Shown: in pieces, positions 32,871 to 32,931 of the stretch
Layout of the letters: every line of letters begins with the position of its first letter
How positions within the stretch are numbered: the first letter of the stretch is position 1
Assembly (NCBI GenBank): GCA_016839985.1
Contig: JAEOTG010000189.1
Location: 1 to 32,931, forward strand
Source: Candidatus Heimdallarchaeota archaeon
GTDB lineage: Archaea; Asgardarchaeota; Heimdallarchaeia; Heimdallarchaeales; Heimdallarchaeaceae
DNA: 32,931 nucleotides
Direction of reading: 5' to 3'
Program-made: the position numbers and the translations under genes
The notes under the pieces: model-generated
What the model was told of the DNA's origin: nothing
Databases searched by the model: none
The model's input: only the letters and a program-made list of their open reading frames with translations

Positions 32871-32931
32871 GTGTATTACAGCGTTAAAGTCAAGGATACT
32901 CTAAGAGTTCCACCAAATAAATTTGATGAAA
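32871..32931 (+). CDS. rpoE: DNA-directed RNA polymerase subunit E' (Rpb7 homologue), N-terminal fragment running off the window
   Basis: GTG-initiated (M)YYSVKVKDTLRVPPNKFDE matches the archaeal RpoE' N-terminus (MYkl.....vvRiPP.eFg.). Only 20 codons are visible. Confidence 0.5.
   Translation, partial: MYYSVKVKDTLRVPPNKFDE

Noticed and set aside
1-32931. Searched by eye for rRNA/tRNA genes, CRISPR repeat-spacer periodicity, transposase/integrase genes, terminal inverted repeats and long direct repeats
   Set aside because: No intergenic gap holds a cloverleaf-like GC-rich ~75-nt segment; the gaps are 0-350 nt and AT-rich. I saw no regularly spaced repeats and no ORF with DDE, tyrosine or serine recombinase motifs. 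The window looks like core chromosome, not a mobile island.

Overview
AT-rich (about 30% G+C by eye), gene-dense chromosomal segment of an archaeon, with about 35 credible protein genes and short intergenic gaps. I found no rRNA, tRNA, CRISPR array, transposase or long DNA repeat. The informational genes are archaeal: aIF2-gamma, an Fcf1-like PIN protein, the RpoE' N-terminus, RadA, a family-B DNA polymerase, a NOL1/NOP2/Sun m5C methyltransferase, a Trm5/Taw2-like enzyme, and a complete preQ0/archaeosine precursor operon (queE-folE2-X-queD-queC). Among them sit several eukaryotic-signature proteins: a UBC-fold E2 with its catalytic Cys, a Rab/Ras-like small GTPase, a gelsolin-domain protein, and possibly a Vps28-like protein. 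That combination points to an Asgard (Lokiarchaeia-like) genome; this is inference, not a database result. Metabolic content is a ~9 kb minus-strand gene string (HD hydrolase, IDH/IPMDH-like dehydrogenase, split LeuC/LeuD-like dehydratase, fused aconitase-family dehydratase, two-subunit ATP-citrate-lyase-type enzyme, Trm5/Taw2-like), plus 3-hydroxybutyryl-CoA dehydrogenase and a CobO-type corrinoid adenosyltransferase. First genes of units tend to have a TATA-like box ~25-35 nt upstream of the start (leaderless or short leader). Internal genes tend to have GGTG/GAGG Shine-Dalgarno-like motifs. The best candidates for undescribed biology are three. (1) The divergent locus 6870-9088: E2, a 54-aa micro-ORF ending GGF, a coiled-coil protein with a Vps28-CTD-like tail, and a zinc-ribbon protein with duplicated acidic D-L-F motifs. 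(2) The tightly coupled three-gene operon 18272-21041 of unknown function. (3) Uncharacterised ORFs embedded in or coupled to housekeeping operons: a BPL/LplA/LipB-like protein inside the preQ0 operon and a 239-aa ORF coupled to PolB. All homology statements are by-eye motif recognition and need HMM or structure confirmation.
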